Numbered from the stretch's first letter, positions 1 to 9,436 are shown. The stretch: 64,000 bases of DNA from a bacterium (GCA_043809745.1 JBDROU010000073.1:98218-162217); one strand, 5' to 3'. Program-made: numbers and translations. The notes: a model not told the origin generated them from the sequence alone.

Positions 1-908
1 GCTTTAAGCAGCCCGTATTCCCTCCTTCGTTCCAAAACAGACATGAGCACGGTATTCAGAACACCTATAGCCATTATTAAAATAATAATAAAAAGCATTA
101 TCCACATGCCCTGCTGATCTGCTTTCATTGCCTGGTAGAATGATTTAGCGAATTCCTGCCACGGCTCAACAAGAAGAGCTGGATCATCAACCTTTTGTTT
201 AATATCATCTGCAATAATTCGTACATTATTTATGTTGTTAACCATTATTATAAATTCATGCGCCTTGTTCTCTAAAGCAAGCATCTCTTGTGCATCTTGA
301 ATGTGCAGGAAGAAGCCGGTCCTGTCGGTAATTTTGTCACCGCTCTCAATGATTCCGAAGAGAGAGTAGATGTTGTCTGCTATTGATCCATCAGCAGCTT
401 GTGAAACAATTACTATCTCGTCCCCGATTGCAACGTTTAATATATTAGCAAGGTCAATGCCTATTATTACCTTTTTCTGGGCATTAGCGGGAAACATGCT
501 TCCGCTTTTGATTTTTTTATGAAATTTTGTTGCCTTATCTTCAAGTGATGGATCGATGCCGATAATTTGCACACCAGCGCTTTTGTTGCCGGCAGAAACT
601 AGACCGGCAGAGTATAAACGCGGTGCCCAGGTTTGAACGCCTTCTGCGCTGAGTATTTTCTGGCCGACTTTTTTGTAGTCGTCAATTGTAAAGTATAGAG
701 ATCGTTTCTCTGTAAATGATTTGTTGTGTATCTGAATATGTCCGAGCCTATTGCCGGTAAACATATTTATAATATTTGAATACGATCCGTCCGACCAGCC
801 AATAGAAACGGCAGATAATGCAAACCCTCCAAAAATTGTCAGGAGGGTAAACATTGTTCTTCGCTTCTGCCTAAAGACATTTCTTAGAGCTATTTTTAAT
901 ATGATCAT
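1..908 (-). CDS. ABC transporter permease (FtsX/LolE-like), 3' part outside the window
   Basis: Not in the ORF track. Manual translation from ATG (cat 906-908) gives MIILKIALRNVFRQKRRTMFTLLTIFGGFALSAVSIGWSDGSY...GHIQIH, a typical MacB/LolE permease N-terminus. Abuts the stop of the upstream LolA-like gene. Confidence 0.88.
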   Translation of the reverse strand, partial: MIILKIALRNVFRQKRRTMFTLLTIFGGFALSAVSIGWSDGSYSNIINMFTGNRLGHIQIHNKSFTEKRSLYFTIDDYKKVGQKILSAEGVQTWAPRLYSAGLVSAGNKSAGVQIIGIDPSLEDKATKFHKKIKSGSMFPANAQKKVIIGIDLANILNVAIGDEIVIVSQAADGSIADNIYSLFGIIESGDKITDRTGFFLHIQDAQEMLALENKAHEFIIMVNNINNVRIIADDIKQKVDDPALLVEPWQEFAKSFYQAMKADQQGMWIMLFIIILIMAIGVLNTVLMSVLERRREYGLLK

Positions 909-1694
909 TTACTTGTTTGCAGCACTTGTTTTTAAAGGGGTCCGAAGATTTCTTAAAGTAAACATATCTTTATCGATTTTGATATCGAATTTTAGATCGA
1001 GGTATCGGATAATAGTTTTCTGGTTCTTTTTATTCTGAGGAGCTATCTCAATTATTGAGGGTACTAATTTATTATTAAATTCTTTTATATCCTTGAATGT
1101 CATGACACGCATTAATTTATCCTGTTCGCCAAAGTATTTCTGCCATAAAGGTATGTAATCTTTCTTTCTTGCCGAAATAACAATCCTCGACCAGACTATC
1201 GCGGTATCTTCTTTAGGTTTCAGCTCAATATAGAACGCATCCTTGTTTGCATCTTCCGGGGTAATGAACCTATGTGTATAGTCACTTAACATAGAAGATT
1301 CCTTTACGAGGTCATCATTAGAAAAATCAGATCCCATCCAAGAGGACATCATCATAGAAGGAGGTATTTTAATCACTTTGTTTGAGTTAGGAAGGTAGTT
1401 CCACATTTCATTGTTTATCCTTAATGTGCCAATGCCATGCTCTTTTTTAGGGGATAATATTTTAATAAGTGTTTTATCCATTTTTTCAGTCCAAGCAAGC
1501 ATCTTCAGGGTTCTTTCCCAATGGGGTGTAATAATCTGCATCTCAAATTCAGAAAAAGTGGTTTTGCTGCGATATAACTCATCTATTTTTTTGACTATTT
1601 GGTCAGCGGTAACACTAAATTCCTCGGCATGCGAAAACGTGAAAAAGGAAATAACCAGGATTAGTATAAAGTAGACTGTTGTTTTTCTTTTCAT
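909..1694 (-). CDS. Outer-membrane lipoprotein-sorting protein (LolA-like)
   Basis: Signal peptide; MWNYLP..KVIKIPPSMMMSSWMGSDFSNDDL motif; sits in operon with ABC permease. Confidence 0.85.
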   Translation of the reverse strand: MKRKTTVYFILILVISFFTFSHAEEFSVTADQIVKKIDELYRSKTTFSEFEMQIITPHWERTLKMLAWTEKMDKTLIKILSPKKEHGIGTLRINNEMWNYLPNSNKVIKIPPSMMMSSWMGSDFSNDDLVKESSMLSDYTHRFITPEDANKDAFYIELKPKEDTAIVWSRIVISARKKDYIPLWQKYFGEQDKLMRVMTFKDIKEFNNKLVPSIIEIAPQNKKNQKTIIRYLDLKFDIKIDKDMFTLRNLRTPLKTSAANK

Positions 1695-1783
1695 TTAAGT
1701 TATAGAAAAATTGCCTTTATAATAATATAGCTAAAAAACTTTTTTTTGTCGAGTAGCCCATATTATTTAGTATAATAAACAAT

Positions 1784-2497
1784 ATGGAGATAATTGCGCA
1801 TCGCGGGGCAAGTGCATATGCTGCCGAGAATAGCCTGCAGTCAGTGGAATTAGCACTGCAAATGAATGCTTCCAGCATTGAAGTAGATGTTGTATGGTCA
1901 GGAGATAGGAAGTTACTTGTTCATCATGATGAACAAGTAAAAAACGTATACAACCAAATAATAAACTTTTCAGATAAAAATTATAGCGAGATTAAAAATC
2001 AGGTAAGATTGAGCAATAACGAAACAGTCCCGCTTTTAGAAGACATCCTTAATATTATAAATCAGAGAAAAAAACTATATATAGAAATAAAGCAGTATTA
2101 CATAGCAGGCCCTTTATTCAAGCTGCTTTCAGATAGTAATTATTTGAAGAATATTGAAATTACATCTAAGCTTTTGGGAGAGGTGTTGTATTTTAGGGAA
2201 TGTAATCCGTTGATGCCTATTTCTTTAGTTGTAGACGAAATAGAAGTATTCTCAGTAGATACCATAATGAAAACTTTAAAAAGCGCAAATATAAAAAATG
2301 CGAGCTTAAACAAAAAATACATAACCAAAGAAGTAGTGGAGAAGTTAAAGGAGATTGGTTGTTCGGTAAGGGTTTTTACGGTGAATGATATTTCAGATGC
2401 CGAATATCTGATTAATTGCGGTGTTGATGCAATTTTTACAGATAAACCTGATGTAATGAGCCGCTTGGGCGCGCACTTAACTTCGGCGGCAACGTAG
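1784..2497 (+). CDS. Glycerophosphodiester phosphodiesterase family protein
   Basis: IIAHRGAS..AENS, EVDV, HHD, IEIK, FTVND, GVDAIFTDKP motifs. Confidence 0.92.
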   Translation: MEIIAHRGASAYAAENSLQSVELALQMNASSIEVDVVWSGDRKLLVHHDEQVKNVYNQIINFSDKNYSEIKNQVRLSNNETVPLLEDILNIINQRKKLYIEIKQYYIAGPLFKLLSDSNYLKNIEITSKLLGEVLYFRECNPLMPISLVVDEIEVFSVDTIMKTLKSANIKNASLNKKYITKEVVEKLKEIGCSVRVFTVNDISDAEYLINCGVDAIFTDKPDVMSRLGAHLTSAAT

Positions 2498-2596
2498 TTT
2501 GCTGATTTTCATAAAAAAAATTACACGTTTGAAATAAACTTGAAGTTTGAGTATAATTAAATCAGTATTGTTTATTTTGTTGAAAGGGAAAGCTAA

Positions 2597-4840
2597 ATGT
2601 TTAACTCCTTGAGTTCAAGGTTTTGGTACATTAAGGGTAGATTCCTGATTGTTGCTGCAATCTCATTATTCACCATTAGTAGTATTTTCGGCATAACAAA
2701 ACTGGAGCAGTTAGGACAAGTAAGCTTTTATATGAAAAGCGGAAGGATATTGAAGAGTGAAGTTCTTAAAGAATTTCCGACCACTGTAAGGATACTCCAT
2801 AAAGGAGAGGAGATGGTCCTTAGAAAAGACTTGATTCAGTTTGCTTTGGATAGCAGTGGGACTGAAGTAGAAATTAAAGTAGAGGATGAATCGAAAGATG
2901 TTGAGGAACAAAAGCTTGAGGAAAAAAAAGAAGAACCGGTGATAAAAGATGAAAATATAATAGAGGAAATTGAGGAAACTGAGGAAACTGCAAAAGAGCT
3001 GCCGCCGGAGATTAAAGAATCCAAGCATCTTCCCGAACCTGTTAAGAAAATAGGACTAGAAGAAGACAAGATATTGCCTTTTGCAGCAGCAGAGGACGAG
3101 ATTGATTCTGAGAAAATTGAAGAAAATGTTTCTTCCCTGGTGAGTGAGCAGCTTGATGAAGCAGAGCCCGAGGATGATATCTTAGATGGTGTTGGGGGAG
3201 GGAGAAGAGTATTTATTCAGTTGAAGAACGGAAAGGTTTATGAAGGCAATATAGATAAGGAAAATAAAAAGTATTATTATCTTAGAGCCGGCGATAAGTT
3301 ACATAAACTTAATAAGAAGAATGTGGAGAATGTTGAAGAGATAGATCTCAAAGAAACTAAAGATAAGAAGGATAATAGGATTGATTTTTATTTAAAGAAT
3401 AAAACAATAGTTCAAGGTATTGTTGTTGAAGAAAAAGCTGCATCATTTATTGTTGAAAGTGAAGGTAAAAGACAGGAGCTTCAAAAAAAGGATATAACAT
3501 TTGCGTTGGATGAGAACGGGAAGGATTTTTCTGTAAATATAGACCTTGCCCTGCTTAAGAAGTTGGAAGAAGACGAGAAGCAAAAGAAAAAAGCAGCCGT
3601 TAAAAAAATCGAGGAAGAAAAGAAAAAAACGGCAATAGTAACAAAAGTAAAGAAAGCTAAGGAGAAAAAGCAATCTGAAAAGGAAAATTATTATTCCCAA
3701 GGCTTAAAACAATTCGAGGAAGGCAATTATAAGGCAGCTATCCCGTTATTTGAAAGAGTCTTAATTGCTGACCCTAAATTGGGGGAAGCATATTATAGGC
3801 TTGCTTTTTCGTACTACCAAATTGGCGAAGAGGAATTGGCTTGGAAAAATATTGATAAAGCAAAGCAGTATGGAATAAGCCAGGCAGAAACGCTTCTTTC
3901 CATAATGAAGAAGGATAAGCAGAGAAGAGAAAAGCGAGCAAAGATAAAGAAGATATTGATATGGGGAGGTGTGGGATTAGGAGGCGCGCTGTTAGTTGGT
4001 TTTTTCTTGATGTTTGTCTTTAGAAGGAAAGATCAGGAGTTTGAAGCAACCTCATTTGAGAAGCCAGAATTTGCGTCTGCGGATTCTAAAGTTGAGGAAG
4101 AGCCGCCTCCAAAGATTGTATCATCATTCGAACAGTCGAAGCCTCCTGAATCAGCTTCATTTGCAATAGCGGATGAATCATCAGCAGCAGATATTGAGGC
4201 AAAAAAAACAGCAGAAGTAGAGTCAAGATATTCGTCAGTATTAGATGGAACTAATACTTCTGATAGTTTAATATTACCTAAATCTGAGAGCCCTGAGATG
4301 GTTTCGCCGGCAACGATTAATCAAAAACTTACGGAGGAGCCAAAATTAGAGGCTGTATCTCAAATAGATCAAACAAAGCTTTTACAGCAGGAATTATCTG
4401 AAACTAAAGAAATGCCTCTAACGAGTAATGATGCGGCAGGGATTATTCAGCAAGAAGATAAAAAAGAGATTCCTTCTTCAGGTTTTAATCCGGAAAAAGC
4501 TGAGAAAAATTATATAAAAGGTAATGACCTTTGCAATCAAGGAAATCTAATTGGAGCAAAGATAGAGTATGAAAACGCTATACGATTTAATCCGAGGCTG
4601 GACGTGGCATATATAGGATTAGGATACGTATATCTGTCCCAAGGCAAGATTAAAGAAGCTATACGTGAATATGTTAAATCCTTGGATATTAATCCGAATC
4701 AACCGGAAGCTCATTATAGTTTAGGCGTAGCATACTACAATAACGGAGATGTTAGTCAAGCAAGATACGAGTGGAAAAAAGCGCTGCTAATTGATCCAAA
4801 CTTTACTGATGCCAAGCGTTGTCTCGAAGAAGCAAAGTAA
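2597..4840 (+). CDS. Membrane-anchored TPR protein with three repeated small beta domains
   Basis: N-terminal signal/TM; three copies of FxLKxG..xGxI...E; TPR; one TM (ILIWGGVGLGGALLVGFFLMFVF); acidic linker; C-terminal TPRs. Confidence 0.7.
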   Translation: MFNSLSSRFWYIKGRFLIVAAISLFTISSIFGITKLEQLGQVSFYMKSGRILKSEVLKEFPTTVRILHKGEEMVLRKDLIQFALDSSGTEVEIKVEDESKDVEEQKLEEKKEEPVIKDENIIEEIEETEETAKELPPEIKESKHLPEPVKKIGLEEDKILPFAAAEDEIDSEKIEENVSSLVSEQLDEAEPEDDILDGVGGGRRVFIQLKNGKVYEGNIDKENKKYYYLRAGDKLHKLNKKNVENVEEIDLKETKDKKDNRIDFYLKNKTIVQGIVVEEKAASFIVESEGKRQELQKKDITFALDENGKDFSVNIDLALLKKLEEDEKQKKKAAVKKIEEEKKKTAIVTKVKKAKEKKQSEKENYYSQGLKQFEEGNYKAAIPLFERVLIADPKLGEAYYRLAFSYYQIGEEELAWKNIDKAKQYGISQAETLLSIMKKDKQRREKRAKIKKILIWGGVGLGGALLVGFFLMFVFRRKDQEFEATSFEKPEFASADSKVEEEPPPKIVSSFEQSKPPESASFAIADESSAADIEAKKTAEVESRYSSVLDGTNTSDSLILPKSESPEMVSPATINQKLTEEPKLEAVSQIDQTKLLQQELSETKEMPLTSNDAAGIIQQEDKKEIPSSGFNPEKAEKNYIKGNDLCNQGNLIGAKIEYENAIRFNPRLDVAYIGLGYVYLSQGKIKEAIREYVKSLDINPNQPEAHYSLGVAYYNNGDVSQARYEWKKALLIDPNFTDAKRCLEEAK

Positions 4841-4902
4841 ACCTTAGGTTTTACGTTTTATGCTGGGTCTAAGTTTTAAACAAATTAAAAAATAAATCTC
4901 AT

Positions 4903-6501
4903 TTGAATAGAAAAATACTTTTTTTTTCAGCCTTGATTATTTCATTTGTTTGTCATCAGAATTCACTTCAAAGCGCTGAGGATAGCAGCAGCTATATTGG
5001 CGAGATAAAAATACAAAACAAAAGCATATACGATTTTGATAGAGAAGATTTACCGTTCATGCCGTACGGAATAATAAATAAACTGCATATAGTAACACGG
5101 GATAGGATTATACGAAGGGAATTATTATTCAGAACCGGTGATGAATTGGATAGGAATGTAATTGCTGAGACTGAAAGGCGTCTAAGGAGTTTCTCTTTTA
5201 TCAGGGTGGCGGATATAAATTTAGAGCATGCAGAAAATAATAAGATGAATGCTGTTGTTTATACGCAGGATTCCTGGACTACCGAGCCGCAGATCTCAAT
5301 CGGCGGGGGTGGCGGTAAAGCAAGGTATGCGTTTGGTGTCGAAGAAAAGAATTTTTTAGGACTTGGAAAAGAGCTTGGATTATTTTATGCTAACGATGAA
5401 AATGACAGTATTTCAAGACAGCTTTTCTATAACGATCCGCATTTCCTCCCGGGGCACTGGAAGCTTGAGAGTTTTTTTTCTAATATAGATGAGGGGTCAA
5501 TGAATATGATTTCTGTATTAAGACCATACTACAAGCTTGATACTAATTGGGCTGCGGATGTTAATTGGGTAAATAATAATGTAGAAGAAGATATATATTT
5601 GAACAACGAAACTATAGCATCATTTAGCCATGCCGGTTATAAAACTGAAGTCTCTGCGAGCAATAATATTTATACTGGAAATCTTACAGCATATAGAGCC
5701 GGATTAGGATTCAACAATGAAACAAATAATTTTTACGGTCTCGAATCTGCGAGTATAACTGCATTGCCTGGCAACTACGAGATAAAAGGTCCTTTGGTAT
5801 CTTTCCAGAGGTTGCATTATGATTATATTAAAGTAAAGAACGTAAATACTTTCATGAAAGACGAGGATTATAATTTAGGGCAGGATATTAAGATAAAATA
5901 TGTATACGGTTCGGAAGATTTTGGGATTGAGAAAGATGCATCATATATATCATTAAAAAACTCAAATGGTCTGTATTTTGGCAAAGAAAATTTTTTATTA
6001 GCTGAGTTAAAAGCAAACGGGTTATATTTGGACAAAAAACCAAGGAATCTTGTTGCAGAGTCAAAGATTAGTTATTACAATCGGATTTTTTCGAACCAAA
6101 CCCTGGGTCTTAATATGACCGGGATTTTTGGAAAAAATCTGGATATTAATAATCAAGTGGTGTTGGGCGGATTGAACGGTTTGCGTGGATATCCCGCGAG
6201 GGAATTTACGGGAAATAAAGGATTACTCTTCAGTTTAGAAGACAGAATATTTTGGGCAGAGGAATATCTTTCAATTGTAGGTGTTGGGGGCGTGGTTTTC
6301 TTTGACAGCGGATTTGCATGGGATAAAGGTGAGTCTATCAGCATATCTGATTTAAAAAGTGATATTGGGTTCGGATTCAGGTTTGCACTGCCGCGTTCTT
6401 GTGAAGCTATCGTGTTTCGGTTAGATTTTGCCTATGCGTTGGATAAGGTAAGGGATGAGGATAGATTTGTAATAAGCTTTGGATCAGGGCAGAGTTTCTA
6501 G
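4903..6501 (+). CDS. Omp85 (BamA/TamA-like) outer-membrane protein with POTRA domain
   Basis: Signal peptide; POTRA-like TRDRIIRRELLF..GD...ETERRLR; LGG.NGLRGY loop-6 motif; FFDSG; GFGFR; C-terminal Phe (GQSF). Confidence 0.85.
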   Translation: MNRKILFFSALIISFVCHQNSLQSAEDSSSYIGEIKIQNKSIYDFDREDLPFMPYGIINKLHIVTRDRIIRRELLFRTGDELDRNVIAETERRLRSFSFIRVADINLEHAENNKMNAVVYTQDSWTTEPQISIGGGGGKARYAFGVEEKNFLGLGKELGLFYANDENDSISRQLFYNDPHFLPGHWKLESFFSNIDEGSMNMISVLRPYYKLDTNWAADVNWVNNNVEEDIYLNNETIASFSHAGYKTEVSASNNIYTGNLTAYRAGLGFNNETNNFYGLESASITALPGNYEIKGPLVSFQRLHYDYIKVKNVNTFMKDEDYNLGQDIKIKYVYGSEDFGIEKDASYISLKNSNGLYFGKENFLLAELKANGLYLDKKPRNLVAESKISYYNRIFSNQTLGLNMTGIFGKNLDINNQVVLGGLNGLRGYPAREFTGNKGLLFSLEDRIFWAEEYLSIVGVGGVVFFDSGFAWDKGESISISDLKSDIGFGFRFALPRSCEAIVFRLDFAYALDKVRDEDRFVISFGSGQSF

Positions 6502-6520
6502 ATTATATAAATTTAATAAA

Positions 6521-8164
6521 ATGAAATATATAAAATTGACATTAATGGTATTATTGGCAACTTTTATTATAGGTGTTTTATATGCCGATAATGAGCCTAA
6601 GACATATTGGGATAGGATGATGCAAGAACAATCCTATATTCAGCAGCAGCGCGGGAATCGAGCGCTCTATTTCAGGGACTATGAGGCAGCGCTTAAGGAA
6701 TTTAAAAAAGCTGTGGAATCAAATTATAATGATTATAATGCCCATAGGATGCTCGGAATAACATATTATTGGACGGGACAGGTTGATAAAGCCATGGAAG
6801 AGTATAAAATTGCTCTTGAGATCAACCCTAAGGATGCCCAATCTCATATGGTGCTGGGGATCGCCTATGCGTGGGGAATGGATATGGATAAGGCAATAAC
6901 TGAATTTGAAAAGGTAATTAAATATGATCCGGCAAGATATGATGCGTACATGAATCTCGGATCAGCATTCCAAGCTAGAGGAGAATTAAGGAAGTCAATT
7001 TATTATTTTCAACAGGCTGTTAAATATGATAAACGCAATCCCGTTGCTCATTTTCAACTGGCAATAACTTACAAATTGCTTGAAAGATATACGGAAGCTA
7101 TTAGCGAGTTTAAGAAAGCCATCAAAATCTTTCCGGGATATGAGGATGCGTATTTAGAATTGGGGGGGATTGCTGAAAAAAATGATCTTGCTTCCGAAGC
7201 ATTGGGATATTATAAAGCGGCGGCTGACTTAAAGGATGGGGACGCTGTGGCTCAATTAAAAGTTGGACTTAGCTATTTAAAACTCAATAAAAGAATGAAG
7301 GCTATTAGAAGTTTTGCTAAGGCTTTGAGGTTAACCCCGTCCGGTGATCAAAAGAGATTAGCGCTGGATCTTGCATTCAGCGGAGATGATTCAGATTCGT
7401 CAAGAGGAAGAGAAGATCCGCTCGCTTCTTTTGAAGAGAATATTAAACAGGTCTCACCTGAAGAGGAAGCAGAGGTTAATTTCGAAATACGGTACAAAGA
7501 GGAATTGCCTTTATCATCAGTAGAAAAAATGGATGTTGTTTCTTATGGCAGCGGTAAAGGCATACGATATGTATTGCCGTTAATAGATGAAGATCCTCTG
7601 GAGCGGAAGAAAAAAATAGAGCAGTTTGTTGATAAAATAAGGCGTGATTTGGGAAGAATGCCAAAATCTTCTAAAATGGAAGTGGAGATGACAATAGATT
7701 ACAAGGATCGGGATAATAATTTAAGTCAAGCTTCAGGTTCAAGCAAAAATAAAAAATCAGATAAAAAGCGTCTTATGTACCAACCTAGGGTAGTAGGGAA
7801 TGATCTGGGATTGTGGGTTTTAGGTTCACATTGGTTGCTGTTAGTTCATGAGACAATTGATATGCTTTCAAAGAAATTAAATTCAAATAGCAGTTGGGAG
7901 GAACAACTCGGTTTGGCTATTGCCTATCTCCAAGCTGGTTTCGCATGGCAGGCTCTGGACATATTAAATATGTTAAAGTTGAGAATGCCGGAAGAGGTTA
8001 TTATAAATCAAGGATTAATCGTTGCATATGTAGAGTTAGGCGAATGGGATAGAGTAAATAAAGAATTAGATGAGATTCTGCAGTTAGAACCCAGAAATGA
8101 CTACGCCCAAGAAATCAAAAAATGGCTCGAAGATGAATCCGGGGCTAAAACCAACGAACGTTGA
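6521..8164 (+). CDS. Exported tetratricopeptide repeat protein
   Basis: Signal peptide from ATG 6521; about 7 consecutive TPRs; uncharacterised C-terminal region. Confidence 0.8.
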   Translation: MKYIKLTLMVLLATFIIGVLYADNEPKTYWDRMMQEQSYIQQQRGNRALYFRDYEAALKEFKKAVESNYNDYNAHRMLGITYYWTGQVDKAMEEYKIALEINPKDAQSHMVLGIAYAWGMDMDKAITEFEKVIKYDPARYDAYMNLGSAFQARGELRKSIYYFQQAVKYDKRNPVAHFQLAITYKLLERYTEAISEFKKAIKIFPGYEDAYLELGGIAEKNDLASEALGYYKAAADLKDGDAVAQLKVGLSYLKLNKRMKAIRSFAKALRLTPSGDQKRLALDLAFSGDDSDSSRGREDPLASFEENIKQVSPEEEAEVNFEIRYKEELPLSSVEKMDVVSYGSGKGIRYVLPLIDEDPLERKKKIEQFVDKIRRDLGRMPKSSKMEVEMTIDYKDRDNNLSQASGSSKNKKSDKKRLMYQPRVVGNDLGLWVLGSHWLLLVHETIDMLSKKLNSNSSWEEQLGLAIAYLQAGFAWQALDILNMLKLRMPEEVIINQGLIVAYVELGEWDRVNKELDEILQLEPRNDYAQEIKKWLEDESGAKTNER

Positions 8165-8239
8165 TTAATAGTAAAGCAGGTTCAATATGCGCTGCAGCTT
8201 GCCCAAGGCACAATACCGGCGAAAAAACCCGTAAGGAAG

Positions 8240-9253
8240 TCATGGGGTCTCAAGTATTGACAAGAATTTGCCAATTCTTTCAAATTTATTTCTAAAAGTT
8301 ACGTTCTCTTTAAACTTTTTCTGAATTCTTTTATGTACATAACCTACCCCGGAACCACTGATGTTACCAGTTTCTCTTCCAATATCAGTTAAACTTTTTA
8401 TATTGATGTTAGCTAAATATGCTAATTCTATCATAATATTCCGAGCCTCAATATATCTTGATTTTTTTCTTATTATCTCTCCCTTATCAATCCCAAATTC
8501 CTTGGATACCTCTTTTGCTATCTCATCTATTTCTATTCCGCCCTCTATCCCTTTAACATGCGGGTGAGATGCTAAATCCTTACCTTTTATATACTTTTCT
8601 TTTATCTCTTCAACAAACTTATCTGGCCCTATTACCAGCTGGTATTTTACCTCTTTCAATGGAGATTCCACTTCTCTATTCAATCCAGCTTCTACATACT
8701 CCTGATATTCCTTTCTTACTGGCTTACTATCTCCTCCCAATTGCTCAAGCACTTCTTCAACCTTGAAATGTGTAGATCTATAACTAGGTTCTATTATTCC
8801 AAGATAACTACTCCATATATAACTATTTAATATTTTTTCTTTTTCAACTTTGCTCTTTTTTTCTATGTTTTTAATTTTTATAGGATTTAAATGTATATAT
8901 CGACTCAATGCCAAATAATATTCGTCCGATCCCACTAGTATTGCTTTATACCTTCCCTGCATTAAAGGACCTACTCTGTTGTATTTATAGTTAAAATATT
9001 GAGTATATGTTCCATTTAAACGCTGCATGAACCGACTAAGATTTGCCTCTTCTGTACGCAATAAAAAATGGAAGTGATTGCTCATTAAACAATATGTTAT
9101 CACTTCCACCCTGAAATAATCAGCCCCATCCTTCAATAATTGTATAAAATACTGTCTGTCTTTGTCTTTATTAAATATGTTATTTCTATCTATTCCCCTA
9201 CTTGTTATATGGTAAACTGCTCCCGGGTATTCTATTCTTAATGGTCTGCTCAT
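8240..9253 (-). CDS. REP-associated/IS200-like HUH (Y1) tyrosine transposase with C-terminal HTH
   Basis: MSRPLRIEYPGAVYHITSRG start; HUH motif NHFHFLL; QGRYKAILV; catalytic Tyr in RYIHLNP; WSSY; C-terminal DnaA_C-like HTH (SLTDIGRETGNISGSGV). Confidence 0.93.
   Translation of the reverse strand: MSRPLRIEYPGAVYHITSRGIDRNNIFNKDKDRQYFIQLLKDGADYFRVEVITYCLMSNHFHFLLRTEEANLSRFMQRLNGTYTQYFNYKYNRVGPLMQGRYKAILVGSDEYYLALSRYIHLNPIKIKNIEKKSKVEKEKILNSYIWSSYLGIIEPSYRSTHFKVEEVLEQLGGDSKPVRKEYQEYVEAGLNREVESPLKEVKYQLVIGPDKFVEEIKEKYIKGKDLASHPHVKGIEGGIEIDEIAKEVSKEFGIDKGEIIRKKSRYIEARNIMIELAYLANINIKSLTDIGRETGNISGSGVGYVHKRIQKKFKENVTFRNKFERIGKFLSILETP
8246..8264. repeat. Left 19-bp inverted repeat (overlaps last codons of the transposase)
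   Basis: Perfect reverse complement of 9281-9299. Confidence 0.9.
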
Positions 9254-9259
9254 TCTGTG

Positions 9260-9288
9260 AGCTTATCATTTTTCTTTATGCTTGTCAA
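9260..9288 (-). promoter_or_regulatory. Sigma70-type promoter of the transposase, probably leaderless
   Basis: Minus strand: TTGACA (inside the IR), 17 nt ending TGA, TAAGCT, 6 nt, ATG; no SD sequence. Confidence 0.6.
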
Positions 9289-9299
9289 TACTTGAGACC
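9281..9299. repeat. Right 19-bp inverted repeat
   Basis: Perfect reverse complement of 8246-8264. Confidence 0.9.
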
Positions 9300-9348
9300 T
9301 GACCCTTTTACTTCTTTTACTTCTTTTACTTTTTTGACCCTTTTACTT
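9300..9348. repeat. Tandem 9-bp repeat CTTTTACTT with duplicated TGACCC end motif
   Basis: CTTTTACTT at 9305, 9314, 9323 and 9340; TGACCCTTTTACTT at 9300-9313 and 9335-9348. Confidence 0.9.
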
Positions 9349-9375
9349 TTTCCCCCTTCCTTTCTGTTAAAAATC

Positions 9376-9404
9376 TTGACATTTTGAGAGTTACCTGTTA
9401 TAAT
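9376..9404 (+). promoter_or_regulatory. Consensus sigma70 promoter of the abiE operon
   Basis: TTGACA (9376-9381), 17 nt with extended TG, TATAAT (9399-9404); downstream IR AAGTATA-N6-TATACTT (9415-9434). Confidence 0.8.
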
Positions 9405-9436
9405 CATTTCAGATAAGTATAATATAGTATACTTTT

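Larger units (their letters stand above)
8246..9305 (-). mobile_element. Transposase unit bounded by inverted repeats
   Basis: GGTCTCAAGTATTGACAAG (8246-8264) is the exact reverse complement of CTTGTCAATACTTGAGACC (9281-9299), which continues TGACCC (9300-9305). Confidence 0.75.

Noticed and set aside
9300-9351. Possible CRISPR or mini-array
   Set aside because: Units are 9 bp with no unique spacers, and no cas genes are present
8165-9436. GTAG-type REP palindromes or an IS605 TnpB partner around the transposase
   Set aside because: No GTAG/CGTA-headed hairpins and no tnpB ORF are visible
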